Positions 1 through 8,996 of a DNA stretch of 64,000 nt are shown here, one piece after another. This DNA is from Bradymonadales bacterium. Lineage in GTDB: Bacteria > Bdellovibrionota > UBA2394. The stretch's first letter is position 1. Every line of letters starts with the position of its first letter. The stretch is taken from the NCBI GenBank assembly GCA_007693605.1, contig REDG01000046.1:1-64000 (forward strand), in the 5' to 3' direction. A model generated the notes under the pieces. That model was not told the origin of the DNA, searched no databases, and saw only the letters and a program-made list of their open reading frames with translations. The translations under genes were made by a program, and so were the position numbers.

Positions 1-226
1 GCCTCCAGACCAGAAAGACTCCCCCGGTCGCAATCAAGCCCACAAACAACAGAGGCGTGTCTGCCGCAAACTGAGAGGCCGACATACTGATTCCAGCCCG
101 CCAGCCCTTTACTTCTTTGCCGGCAAGGAAATACTCGGTCAGATTTCTAGAGGCCTTCTTGCGCGAGGCCAACCCAACACTGAGGGCGTAAACAACAAAG
201 GCAAGTACAATGGCCAGATCCCACAT
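1..226 (-). CDS. Sodium:solute symporter (SSS family), 5' part only; runs off the window
   Basis: Manual translation from ATG 226: MWDLAIVLAFVVYALSVGLASRKKASRNLTEYFLAGKEVKGWRAGISMSASQFAADTPL; EYFLAG is the SSS N-terminal signature. Not in ORF track. Confidence 0.85.
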   Translation of the reverse strand, partial: MWDLAIVLAFVVYALSVGLASRKKASRNLTEYFLAGKEVKGWRAGISMSASQFAADTPLLFVGLIATGGVFLVWR

Positions 227-320
227 GCTTGGCTGCTACCCTAGCTTCGGAATTCTCTGAGGCCAAACACTAAACGAAGTCGAGCAAGGTTTTTAGAGAC
301 TGTCGCCCAACTCTCGATTC

Positions 321-444
321 GGGAGTGGCGATAAGGGTCCAGATGCGAGAAGGCAAGGAGCGAGCATCGCAGTGTGGTTTAAATGCCACTCGAGAAGCGC
401 AGCGACGCAGCCGCCAAAGCAGATGGGCCCTTAGCGACACTCCC
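321..444 (+). repeat. Family A MITE/REP-like repeat, copy with both ends (124 bp)
   Basis: GGGAGTGGCGATAAGGGTCCAGATGC ... GCAGATGGGCCCTTAGCGACACTCCC imperfect 26-bp terminal inverted repeats; aligns to 18231-18424 with an internal deletion. Confidence 0.9.
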
Positions 445-446
445 TT

Positions 447-1526
447 TTAGGAACTTAAGGAGGGGCCCTGCAAGCCGCTATCCACCTGAAATCCCTGAGC
501 CCGTCTCAAGGATCCTAAGAAAGCGAGGCTCGCGGCCCCAATCACTCCGGCCTCAATGAAACTCTCATTTCGATTCAAGCTCGTACAAAAGAGCTTCACT
601 CGATTGAGTCGCGCCACGAAAGACCGCTCCCGCATCACCCTCAGAGCCGTCGGTCCGAAAGCTTCCCATGCGTGAGTCAAACCTCCTGCCACACAGATAG
701 CTTCAAGGTCTAACAGATTTACCGTGTTGGCAAAAACAATCCCCAAAGCCTCGCCCATCCGATCAAAGATCTTCTTAATGGACTGCTGACTTTGAAGACT
801 CTGATTTTTCTTATACTTTTGATAGAGGTCTCGAATGCTAAAGGCATTCAAGCTGGGATCTGTTGTGCGCAGCTCTGCAAGAGCCCGATTGAGCCCTGAA
901 GCACTCGCGTAGAGCTCGACGGAGCCAGAATTGCCCGTAACTTCACTCGGCCCGAGGGGGTCAACCGTGGTGTGCCCAATCTCTCCGGCTAAGCCAGAGC
1001 TTCCGCGATAGAGATCCCCATTCAAAAACAGAGCGCCTCCAATTCCAGTTCCTAATGTGCAATACAAAAAATTCTCAAAGGGATGACAAGATCCAAACAG
1101 CTTCTCCCCCAAAGCCGCAACATTGGCGTCATTGTCGACGAAGACAGGCTCTGAAAACTTTGCCTTCAAAATCTCGGTCAAATTCAGATTCTTCCAAGCT
1201 GGAAAGTGCGGAGACTCCCAAAGTCGGCCGCTTCCAAGATCAATCAAGCCCGGAATTCCAAAGCCGATACCGAGAGGCTTCATGCCCAGCTCGGGAGGCT
1301 GATCCAGAAGTTCTTGAACAAGGGAATGGATTCGACCAAAAGCCTCAGAGCTCTCGGCCTCTGCCTTCGTCTGGGTCTTTAGGGCCCCAAACATCTCTCC
1401 TTCTGAAGAGACCCAAGCTGCACGAATACTTTGGCCGCCCAAGTCCACTCCAATCACCCATGAATTCATTCGCTTGAGATCCTCTACCCACTCAGAGACC
1501 TTGCGTTTTTGACGACTCTCATCCAT
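447..1526 (-). CDS. ROK family sugar kinase (glucokinase-like); likely start ATG 1469
   Basis: IGVDLGG, DNDANVAALGE, TLGTGIGG, GEIGH motifs. Confidence 0.9.
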   Translation of the reverse strand: MDESRQKRKVSEWVEDLKRMNSWVIGVDLGGQSIRAAWVSSEGEMFGALKTQTKAEAESSEAFGRIHSLVQELLDQPPELGMKPLGIGFGIPGLIDLGSGRLWESPHFPAWKNLNLTEILKAKFSEPVFVDNDANVAALGEKLFGSCHPFENFLYCTLGTGIGGALFLNGDLYRGSSGLAGEIGHTTVDPLGPSEVTGNSGSVELYASASGLNRALAELRTTDPSLNAFSIRDLYQKYKKNQSLQSQQSIKKIFDRMGEALGIVFANTVNLLDLEAICVAGGLTHAWEAFGPTALRVMRERSFVARLNRVKLFCTSLNRNESFIEAGVIGAASLAFLGSLRRAQGFQVDSGLQGPSLSS

Positions 1527-1629
1527 TCAGAATCGTTACACTTTGTATCTGCAGGGAGCAAGCTCTCCTCCGGGAGGATTCCAACTTGCTAATTCCTAAG
1601 AAATCTCTGAAATTGGGCCAGAATTCTAG

Positions 1630-2604
1630 ATGCAAACTTCAAATAAAATTTGGGTCGGCCTGGGCCTCAGTGCTGCGCTTCTATTGAGCGCCTTTTACTT
1701 TTTGGATGTTCAAAAAGTGATCGAAGAGCTTCGGTCTACGACAGCCCGATTACTTTGGATCTGTTTTGGCCTAGCCTTTCTTCAACAGATTGCTCTGGCA
1801 ATTCGGTGGCAACGGCTCTTGCAGCCTCTGGGCCTTCGGGGTTTCGGCTTGGCGTTTTGGTCCTTGCGACTGAACTATTTTTACAATCTTTGCCTTCCGG
1901 CTCGTCTGGGCGAACCCTACCGAATCTATTTTCTACATCGACGCGCCGGACTGAAGGCGGCCACCTTGGTCGGGACCATGGCTGCTGAAAGATTTTTGGA
2001 CCTCCTCGGTCTGATCTTTTTTGTCTATCTTTCATTCCTTGTTTTGGGTCTGAAAGATCAGTTTTCACTTTGGAAATGGTTTCTCTTGCTTGGAGCCGGC
2101 TTGAGTCTTGTGATGATTTTTATTCGCTGGACCCCTCGTCATAAGGGGGGTCGCTGGATCCGAAAGCTCATTTTCTGGCGAGACCAACTTCTAAAGGGCA
2201 TGAAAGTTTTAATGCGACCCAAGGTCTTTCTTGCGGGCATCTTAACGACTGCCGCAAGCTGGTTGATCTTTAGCCTGATGATCTTTTTGATTCTCAAGGA
2301 CTTTGATGTCTCCGCCAGCTTTTTCCACGCGATTCTCGTTCTTGCCGGAGTCTCAATCGCCGTCGCCCTTCCCTCAAGTCCGGGGCAAATTGGAACCTTT
2401 GAGGCTGGGGCGGCCCTGGCACTGGTGAGCTTTCTGTCAGTGAATCTTGAACGGGCGGTTTCGATTGGAATCATCTTTCACTTGAGTCAAATGATTCCAA
2501 CCCTCGTCGTTGGGCTCATTGGCTTCGTGCTGTATCAGGCCAAGGCCGAGCCTAAGGTCGAACGCTCGAAACCGAGCTCTCGTTTAGAAAAAGAAGCCGG
2601 CTAA
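1630..2604 (+). CDS. Lysylphosphatidylglycerol synthase TM-domain (flippase-like) membrane protein
   Basis: RWQRLL, NLCLPARLGE, ERFLDL, PSSPGQIGTFE motifs; multiple TM helices. Confidence 0.85.
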   Translation: MQTSNKIWVGLGLSAALLLSAFYFLDVQKVIEELRSTTARLLWICFGLAFLQQIALAIRWQRLLQPLGLRGFGLAFWSLRLNYFYNLCLPARLGEPYRIYFLHRRAGLKAATLVGTMAAERFLDLLGLIFFVYLSFLVLGLKDQFSLWKWFLLLGAGLSLVMIFIRWTPRHKGGRWIRKLIFWRDQLLKGMKVLMRPKVFLAGILTTAASWLIFSLMIFLILKDFDVSASFFHAILVLAGVSIAVALPSSPGQIGTFEAGAALALVSFLSVNLERAVSIGIIFHLSQMIPTLVVGLIGFVLYQAKAEPKVERSKPSSRLEKEAG

Positions 2605-2736
2605 CAAATAGCCTAAAGTGATTGAGACCACGAGACTGGCTCCGTAAAGTGTTGGCGGGCTCGGCAAAGGAATGTCGAAGCGCTTACAACACAACCCAAT
2701 GAAAAAGGCCAAAAGAAAGCCGATCCATTCACCCAC
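2584..2736 (-). CDS. Small XapX/DUF1427-like membrane protein, second tandem paralogue (50 aa)
   Basis: Manual translation from GTG 2736: MGEWIGFLLAFFIGLCCKRFDIPLPSPPTLYGASLVVSITLGYLLAGFFF*; aligns with the 60-aa ORF at 2729-2911; G-rich RBS upstream. Confidence 0.8.
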   Translation of the reverse strand: MGEWIGFLLAFFIGLCCKRFDIPLPSPPTLYGASLVVSITLGYLLAGFFF

Positions 2737-2911
2737 TTCTCAAACCCCCCTTTCTCGCCACCCACCAAGAAGCCGCAAGGTAGCCGAGCGTAATGGTCAT
2801 GACGAGCAGGGCTCCCTTAAGCGCCGTTGGGGCTGGAAGGGAAATTGAGAACAGATGACAAAGCAAACCAATTCCAAAGCCCAACACCAACCCAAGTACT
2901 CTTTTTAGCAC
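2729..2911 (-). CDS. Small XapX/DUF1427-like membrane protein (60 aa)
   Basis: Two TM segments linked by SLPAPTALKG followed by ITLGY. Confidence 0.8.
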   Translation of the reverse strand: MLKRVLGLVLGFGIGLLCHLFSISLPAPTALKGALLVMTITLGYLAASWWVARKGGLRSG

Positions 2912-2983
2912 TCCCCAGACTTATTGGAAGTTCCCTCAAAAGAAAAGTGCGAAGAATGAGAGCTGTGATAGTCTTTAGTCGGA

Positions 2984-3685
2984 ATGAAAATCATTGGTCA
3001 TCGAGGATTCTCCGCGGCCTACCCAGAAAACTCCTTGATCGCATTTCAGCAGGCCCTAAAGGCGGGGGCCAATGGCATCGAATGCGATCTGAGACTAAGT
3101 GCCGACGGCGTCCTCTATCTTTTTCATGATGATGACCTACAACGACTCTGCGGTCAGAACGGAGCCATCGAGCAGCTCACCAACTCTGAGATCGAAACTC
3201 TCAGAGTTAAGGGAAAAGAGCCGATTTGCCGATTGGAAGAATTGTTTTCTGAACTGCCTGTTTGTGTGGTCAATTTAGAGATCAAGAAAAGTCCGCTCGC
3301 CAATCAAGTCGTAGAGAAGCTCATTCAGTTTTTCAACTCCAGTCCAATTCGACACGAAGTTTTTATCTCAAGCTTTTCCATGGCGATCTTAGAACAGCTT
3401 CGCCAGTCTGATCTGAAATTTCCTTTGAGTCTGGTTTTGGAACCGCCTGTGACAGACGAAGAGCTTGAGGAAGTTTTTTCCCTCTCTTGGATACAGACCT
3501 GGAATCTTTCGAAGGAGCTGTTTTTTAGTTCTAAGCTTCCAGATTCGGCTCGAAGAATCTGGCTGTGGACTTTAAACGACAAAGCAGACTGGGAGAGAAG
3601 CCTTTCTCAGGGCTCTCTACCCGAAGCCATTGTTACAGACGAGGTTGAGAAGGCCGTCAGCTACTTTCAGAGGGAGCGGCGATAA
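2984..3685 (+). CDS. Glycerophosphodiester phosphodiesterase (GDPD family)
   Basis: IIGHRG, PENSL, IECDLRLSADG, HDDDL, NLEIK, WTLN, IVTD. Confidence 0.92.
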   Translation: MKIIGHRGFSAAYPENSLIAFQQALKAGANGIECDLRLSADGVLYLFHDDDLQRLCGQNGAIEQLTNSEIETLRVKGKEPICRLEELFSELPVCVVNLEIKKSPLANQVVEKLIQFFNSSPIRHEVFISSFSMAILEQLRQSDLKFPLSLVLEPPVTDEELEEVFSLSWIQTWNLSKELFFSSKLPDSARRIWLWTLNDKADWERSLSQGSLPEAIVTDEVEKAVSYFQRERR

Positions 3686-3729
3686 AGGCCCATCGGCATC
3701 GCTAGTCTGGCTCGTTCGTCTCCCGACCC
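3672..3729 (-). repeat. Family A repeat end plus subtype tail; overlaps and supplies the GDPD stop codon
   Basis: GGGAGCGGCGATAAAGGCCCATCGGCATCGCTAGTCTGGCTCGTTCGTCTCCCGACCC; near-identical to 4552-4609. Confidence 0.85.
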
Positions 3730-3833
3730 TAGATCTAGATCTTAAAGAAAGCTTAACAAGCCGACCCAGGGCTTTAACAAGAGACAACCAAGGCTTAGCC
3801 CCAGAAAGATGCCCCTGCGACTAGAATGAAGGC

Positions 3834-4547
3834 ATGGGACTTTTATGCGATTTTCATACTCACACTCAATATAGCGATGGAAAGCTGAGCCTTCCCGAAC
3901 TTGTGGATTTTTACGGGCGAAGGGGCTTCGATGTTTTGGGGGTGACGGATCACCTCTGCGAGCAAAACAGTCTCTTGGGCAGGGCCGCGATCTATCTTGA
4001 CCGAACCCTAAAGCCTGAAAGCTTTCGTCAATATATGACCCATCTAGAGGCCGAAGCGGAGCGGGCCTGGCAACAGTACCGTATGATTCTTCTGCCAGGA
4101 TTTGAGATCACCAAGAACTCGCTGAAAAACCACCGATCCTGTCATTTCCTGGCTTTAGGACTCGACCGATATGTGTCTCCAGATCATTCCGTCATTGAGG
4201 CCGCAAAGGCCATTCGTGAAGCAGGTGGTCTATGCATTGCGGCACACCCGATCTCCAATCGAAAGACTCAGCTCGGTGGACTTTATCTGTGGGATAACCG
4301 AGAGGACCTTGCCGGGTATTTTGACGCATGGGAAATCACCGATAACCAAAGAATCTTGCCAGAAGTCGCGCAAAGCAAATTTCCGAAGCTTGCGAATACG
4401 GACTTTCACCGCCCGAGCCAAATCGAGTCTTGGAAAACAGTTCTTCACTGTGAGAAACATCCCGAGGCTGTACTCGATGCCATTCGAAAGCAAAGCTTGA
4501 GCTTTCATCTCTATCGAGAGAAGGCTTCAGAACTTAAGGTCGCCTGA
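3834..4547 (+). CDS. PHP-domain phosphoesterase
   Basis: DFHTHTQYSDG, VTDH, GFEIT, IAAHP, NTDFH metal-binding motifs. Confidence 0.9.
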   Translation: MGLLCDFHTHTQYSDGKLSLPELVDFYGRRGFDVLGVTDHLCEQNSLLGRAAIYLDRTLKPESFRQYMTHLEAEAERAWQQYRMILLPGFEITKNSLKNHRSCHFLALGLDRYVSPDHSVIEAAKAIREAGGLCIAAHPISNRKTQLGGLYLWDNREDLAGYFDAWEITDNQRILPEVAQSKFPKLANTDFHRPSQIESWKTVLHCEKHPEAVLDAIRKQSLSFHLYREKASELKVA

Positions 4548-4551
4548 AAAT

Positions 4552-4609
4552 AGGAGTGTCGCTAAAGGCCCATCGGCATCGCTAGTCTGGCACTTCCGTC
4601 TCCCGACCC
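4552..4609 (-). repeat. Family A repeat end plus subtype tail, 4 nt after the PHP stop
   Basis: AGGAGTGTCGCTAAAGGCCCATCGGCATCGCTAGTCTGGCACTTCCGTCTCCCGACCC. Confidence 0.85.
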
Positions 4610-4646
4610 CAAAAGACTCATTGCTTCAACTCGATGCGCCTTGTAT

Positions 4647-4674
4647 TTGACTTGTTGCGTTTTCGATTTTTAAT
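4647..4674 (+). promoter_or_regulatory. Possible sigma70 promoter of the subtilase gene
   Basis: TTGACT-16 nt-TTTAAT upstream of a GGAGGA RBS and ATG 4733. Confidence 0.3.
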
Positions 4675-4732
4675 AAGTTCCTTTGTTCTTTGACGCCTCG
4701 CCGATTAAACTTTGAGCTTGGGGAGGATAAAA

Positions 4733-6196
4733 ATGAAATCATTCGTCACTTTAACAATGACCTGCACAGTTTTTCTGTTGGGTCTTGGCTTCACGAGCAG
4801 CTACGCTCAGAAACTTGAAGAATCTCTAGAGGTCTGGCTTGAACAAGAACCCGTTCAAGATGGAGTTCACGAACTCAGGCAAAACAAAAAGCGGGTCATT
4901 GTCTACTTTCAGGCGGCTCCCTTTCAAGATCGCTCAGGCCCGAGTGTCACCGAGGCAATCGAAGCTGAAGAGCAATTCAATCGATCTCGACTCATCCGAA
5001 ATTGGGTTCAAGTTGTTCGAGAAAGCCCTGCGGTCGATCTGATTTGGTCGGCTAACGCCGTCGTCTCTGAAGTCACTCGATCCGATCTGAGAAGACTGAA
5101 TCGAGATGACCAGGTGGTAAAGGTGATTGAAGATCGCGTCTTTACCATGGAAAGACCGCGACCCGAGGCGAATCGAACGCGAACAGATGAATCAAAACTC
5201 ACCTACGGGCTTCAGGTTATGAATGTTCCGAGCGTTTGGGATCAAGGCTATACAGGGCGAGGCGTTCTTGTAGGAGTCTTGGATACCGGAATTGATCTTG
5301 AACACCCCAATCTAAAAGGTCGAGTCGTCGCCCATCGAGATTTTACAAATGAGAATGACATTAAGGACGGCAATGGGCACGGAACTCATGTAGCCGGCAC
5401 CATTGCGGGCAACGATCACGGAGGAACCGCGATTGGTGTCGCGCCCGATTCTGAACTGATTATTGCGAAGATCTTTGATAGTCGTGGAAGAACTCAACTG
5501 TCCTCGATTTTGAATGCGATGCAGTGGATGCTGTCAGCAAGAGACCCGGCTCGACCCGATCAGCCGGTGCATGTGGCCAGCAATTCTTGGGGAGCCGCCA
5601 TTCCGTTTATCTTGGGCTTTGCCGACTCGGTGAGATCTTGGAGGCGATTTGGAATCTTTCCAAATTTTGCAGCAGGAAACTCAGGTTCTCGTCCCCTAAG
5701 CGTGGGAGCACCCGCCAGCTACTCTTTCAGTTTCGCAGTCGGAGCGGTGGACGAAAACATGAACATCACTTCTTTTAGCAGCCGAGGCCCGTCTGTCTGG
5801 CTCCCGCGTTGGGATATGGAAGATCCGCGCTGGTTTCAGGGTTGGTGGCCCCAGCTTTTGAAGAAGCCAGAAGTTTCTGCTCCTGGCCTGAATGTCCTTT
5901 CAGCCATTCCTAACGGAGAACTGAGACGCTATTCAGGAACCAGCATGGCCACTCCTCATGTCGCCGGGGTTCTCGCCCTAATCCTTGAGGCCAACCCACA
6001 CTTAACGATTGAAGAGCTTGAAGAAATCCTGAACGAAACGGCTCAGAGTCGAGGAGCCGAAGGAAAAAACAATACCTACGGCCATGGAGTCGTCCAGGCC
6101 GATGTGGCCGTCGAGCGGGCTCTCGAGGTTTTGGGGGGCAAGTCGCCAGGCTTTGAAGATAGGAATCCGAACAATTGGCACTGGCACGAACCTTAA
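4733..6196 (+). CDS. Secreted subtilisin-like S8 serine peptidase with signal peptide and prodomain
   Basis: Triad motifs VLDTG, HGTHVAG, GTSMATPH; AAGN oxyanion motif; GGAGGA RBS before ATG 4733. Confidence 0.93.
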   Translation: MKSFVTLTMTCTVFLLGLGFTSSYAQKLEESLEVWLEQEPVQDGVHELRQNKKRVIVYFQAAPFQDRSGPSVTEAIEAEEQFNRSRLIRNWVQVVRESPAVDLIWSANAVVSEVTRSDLRRLNRDDQVVKVIEDRVFTMERPRPEANRTRTDESKLTYGLQVMNVPSVWDQGYTGRGVLVGVLDTGIDLEHPNLKGRVVAHRDFTNENDIKDGNGHGTHVAGTIAGNDHGGTAIGVAPDSELIIAKIFDSRGRTQLSSILNAMQWMLSARDPARPDQPVHVASNSWGAAIPFILGFADSVRSWRRFGIFPNFAAGNSGSRPLSVGAPASYSFSFAVGAVDENMNITSFSSRGPSVWLPRWDMEDPRWFQGWWPQLLKKPEVSAPGLNVLSAIPNGELRRYSGTSMATPHVAGVLALILEANPHLTIEELEEILNETAQSRGAEGKNNTYGHGVVQADVAVERALEVLGGKSPGFEDRNPNNWHWHEP

Positions 6197-6240
6197 GTTG
6201 TCGCGCGATCTGACTAGATACTAGATCTAGAAACAAGACT

Positions 6241-6270
6241 AAAAGGGGGGCTTCATCGCCCCCTTTTTTT
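6241..6270. terminator. Bidirectional rho-independent terminator between convergent genes
   Basis: A-tract, GGGGGC-TTCATC-GCCCCC stem-loop, T-tract. Confidence 0.75.
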
Positions 6271-7731
6271 ATCGCCAGGCTCCCCACCAAAGAGCCCGTA
6301 GATATTCTTCAGGTTCACCTTGTCGGTGTAAATCAAAAGCCGATCGCCGGCTTCAAGTCGAGTGCTTCCGGTCGGAACAAAAAAGTCATCAAGCCGGCTC
6401 AGCAAAACGATGAGGGAGTTCTCAGGAAGCCCAAGCTGAAAGACCTGAGTTCCTACGACTGAGGATTCCGGTTTCACATCCAATTCAATCAACTCACTCT
6501 TGAGATTTTTGTGTGGCCTGAATTGAAAGGGGTATCTGATTCGAGGACGATAGGTCTCGGCCAACTTCAAGAGTCGTGCAACGGGCTTAATGCTCATCCC
6601 CTGAAGGATGATAGAGGTCAACACAATAAAGAAAACCAAATGGAACATTCGACTCGCCTCTGCAACACCCGCCAGCAAGGGATAAGTGGCTAAAACGATC
6701 GGCACTGCCCCCTTGAGGCCAACCCAAGAAACAAACAACTTTTCTCTCCACCCGTATCCAAAAAAATGCAGACAGATAAAAACCACGATGGGTCGGCCTA
6801 CAAAAATCAGAAAAGCAGAAATCAAAAGACCTTCGGCCATCACAGGCAGAAGCTGACTCGGAAAAACCAGCAATCCTAAACTAAGAAACATCAAGATCTG
6901 CATGATCGAGGCCAAACTATCGTGGAACTCCATCAGACTCGCCTTGTGCACAAAGTTGCGATTTCCAAGAATGAGTCCCATTAGATAAACCGCCAAAAAT
7001 CCATTACCCCCAACATAGCTGGTGCCGCCAAAACAGAGTCCCACCATGGCCACCATCAAAACGGGGTAAAATCCGTCATATTCAAGATCGAGTCGATTGA
7101 TAAACTCAACCGAGAGCCTTCCAATCAAGATTCCCGCAATGGCCCCAAGACTCATCTGTTTAAAGAAAACCCATACGAGCCCCCAGTTGGTGGCTTCAGG
7201 GGTCAAGAGAAGGCCCACCAGTCCGACCGTCAGAAAGACGGCCATGGGATCGTTACTACCGCTTTCAAATTCAAGTAGAGGCTTCAGTTTTGCTTTTAGG
7301 CTGAGACTGTTTTGCCTCAAAACTGAAAAGACGGCAGCCGCGTCTGTTGAAGATACGATGGCTCCGAGCAAAAAGGCTTCGAGCCAGCGAAAGTCCAAGA
7401 CGAAGTAGCCGAATCCCCCCACGAGTAGTGCGGTTCCGAGCACTCCAATACTGGAAAGCAAGAAGCCTTCCTTGATCACTGGCTTCACCTCTGCCAGCAA
7501 AGTATCCATGCCCCCTGAGAACAGGATAAAACAGAGGGCAATGATTCCAATCGTCTGAGCAAAGCCTGCGTAGTCGAGCTCAACCGCTAAAAACTCTTGC
7601 GAACCGGCAATCATCCCAATCACCAAAAAGAGGAGGAGTCCTGGGATGCCAAAGCGTCCAAAGGCCTTACTGATCACGACCGACACAATCAAAAGAACAG
7701 AAGCGATAGTGACTATGGATTCAAGGGCCAC
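6253..7731 (-). CDS. cvrA: K+/H+ antiporter (CPA1, NhaP2/CvrA-type) with C-terminal TrkA-C domain
   Basis: SSTDAAAVF, ESGSNDPMA, WVGLKGAVPI motifs; C-terminal PTGSTRLEAGDRL. Confidence 0.9.
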   Translation of the reverse strand: MALESIVTIASVLLIVSVVISKAFGRFGIPGLLLFLVIGMIAGSQEFLAVELDYAGFAQTIGIIALCFILFSGGMDTLLAEVKPVIKEGFLLSSIGVLGTALLVGGFGYFVLDFRWLEAFLLGAIVSSTDAAAVFSVLRQNSLSLKAKLKPLLEFESGSNDPMAVFLTVGLVGLLLTPEATNWGLVWVFFKQMSLGAIAGILIGRLSVEFINRLDLEYDGFYPVLMVAMVGLCFGGTSYVGGNGFLAVYLMGLILGNRNFVHKASLMEFHDSLASIMQILMFLSLGLLVFPSQLLPVMAEGLLISAFLIFVGRPIVVFICLHFFGYGWREKLFVSWVGLKGAVPIVLATYPLLAGVAEASRMFHLVFFIVLTSIILQGMSIKPVARLLKLAETYRPRIRYPFQFRPHKNLKSELIELDVKPESSVVGTQVFQLGLPENSLIVLLSRLDDFFVPTGSTRLEAGDRLLIYTDKVNLKNIYGLFGGEPGDKKRGR

Positions 7732-7779
7732 GACTTGCTTAGGCTAGCCTGAGCTTCGCTTTAGGTCCAGTCGCAGAAG

Positions 7780-7819
7780 GGGAGTGTCGCTAAAGGCCCA
7801 TCCACCCCTTCGCGCATCT
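7780..7819 (-). repeat. Family A repeat, collapsed copy touching the dusB stop
   Basis: GGGAGTGTCGCTAAAGGCCCATCCACCCCTTCGCGCATCT: right end fused to a fragment of the left part. Confidence 0.8.
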
Positions 7820-8831
7820 AACCGTGCCCCCCCATCAAAAAGCTTTCGGTAAGATAGAGGGACTCGCGACGCCCGAACTGGCAGGAAAAATATTCATGCG
7901 CACGACTCCAAACTTGATCGAAGTCTTGAAGCTCAAAGAGCTCTCTTCTCAATGCATGACTATGGGGATAGCCTGCCGCGTACCATGCAATGAACTTCTT
8001 AGACTGTAACAAAGCCAGGCGCTCGCTCCCCTGCTGCAACAAGCTCTTTTGGTTCTCAAAAAGCTCAAGATAATCTTCGAGACTGGGCTCTTGATATCGC
8101 CCAGAACGAAGCAAGTCCGAGGCCTGCCTAAAGATAAAAGGGTTTCTTAGGGCAGCTCGACCAATCATGACCGCGTCAACACCAGATTCCCTCAATCGTT
8201 TTGTGGCGTCTTCAGGAGTCTTAATGTCTCCGTTTCCAATGACGGGAATTTTGGCTTGGCTCTTTAGCTCTGCGATCAGCTCCCAGTCAGCACTTCCCTC
8301 ATAGCCTTGCGCTCGAGTGCGGCCATGAACGGCCACCCACGACACCCCAGCCCGAGTCGCCGCATCAATCACTTCCGCTGCATTAATCTCGTTGGCATCC
8401 CAGCCCGTGCGAATTTTAATCGTCAAAGGAATCTGAATACTCGACTTCATTTCTCTCAAAACCACAAACAATCGCTCAGGGTCGCGCGTCAGAGCGCATC
8501 CCGCGCCCTTCGAAACGACTTTTCGAACCGGACAACCGAGATTCAAGTCAACGAAGTCAACGCCAAGCCTCTCCACCCATTGACAGGCCTCTACCAAAGC
8601 TTCCTGCCGCTCTCCAAAAATCTGAATCCCCACAGGAGACTCTTCCTTGTGAAAACTTAAAAGCTCCTCTGTTCGAGGACTTCGATATTGCAATCCGTTG
8701 GCTGAGATCAACTCTGAAACGACCAAAGAAGATCCGAATCGCCTCATCAGCCGCCGATGTGGGGAATTGGTGATTCCTGCCATCGGAGCCAAAATGAATG
8801 GATGCTCAATTTCAAAAGGGCCTAATCTCAT
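7818..8831 (-). CDS. dusB: tRNA-dihydrouridine synthase B
   Basis: LAPMAGIT, QIFG, DLNLGCP, TIKIRTGW, VHGRT, GNGDI, MIGRA; start placed at ATG 8831 because the longer ORF reads into a repeat. Confidence 0.9.
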   Translation of the reverse strand: MRLGPFEIEHPFILAPMAGITNSPHRRLMRRFGSSLVVSELISANGLQYRSPRTEELLSFHKEESPVGIQIFGERQEALVEACQWVERLGVDFVDLNLGCPVRKVVSKGAGCALTRDPERLFVVLREMKSSIQIPLTIKIRTGWDANEINAAEVIDAATRAGVSWVAVHGRTRAQGYEGSADWELIAELKSQAKIPVIGNGDIKTPEDATKRLRESGVDAVMIGRAALRNPFIFRQASDLLRSGRYQEPSLEDYLELFENQKSLLQQGSERLALLQSKKFIAWYAAGYPHSHALRRELFELQDFDQVWSRAHEYFSCQFGRRESLYLTESFLMGGHG

Positions 8832-8856
8832 GTCAAACCTGCCCTTAGCACACTTT

Positions 8857-8976
8857 GGGAGTGTCGCTAAAGGCCCATCTGCCCCTACACTCATGTCGAC
8901 CTTCGGTCGACATGGTTTGAGGATGGCTGCAACGCTCCTTGCCCGCGCTGCAGTGGCGGCCTCGTTTCATATGGGC
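8857..8976 (-). repeat. Family A repeat copy upstream of dusB
   Basis: GGGAGTGTCGCTAAAGGCCCATCTGCCCC, hairpin CATGTCGACC-TTC-GGTCGACATG, CTGCAACGC/GCGCTGCAG stem. Confidence 0.9.
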
Positions 8977-8996
8977 AGCCTGATTCAAGATTCTCA

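Noticed and set aside
3672..4609. Family A repeats as integron attC sites
   Set aside because: No RYYYAAC..GTTRRRY cores, no intI, and most neighbouring genes are housekeeping.
8832..8894. N-terminal extension of DusB in the ORF track
   Set aside because: Reads into the repeat; family similarity begins at ATG 8831.
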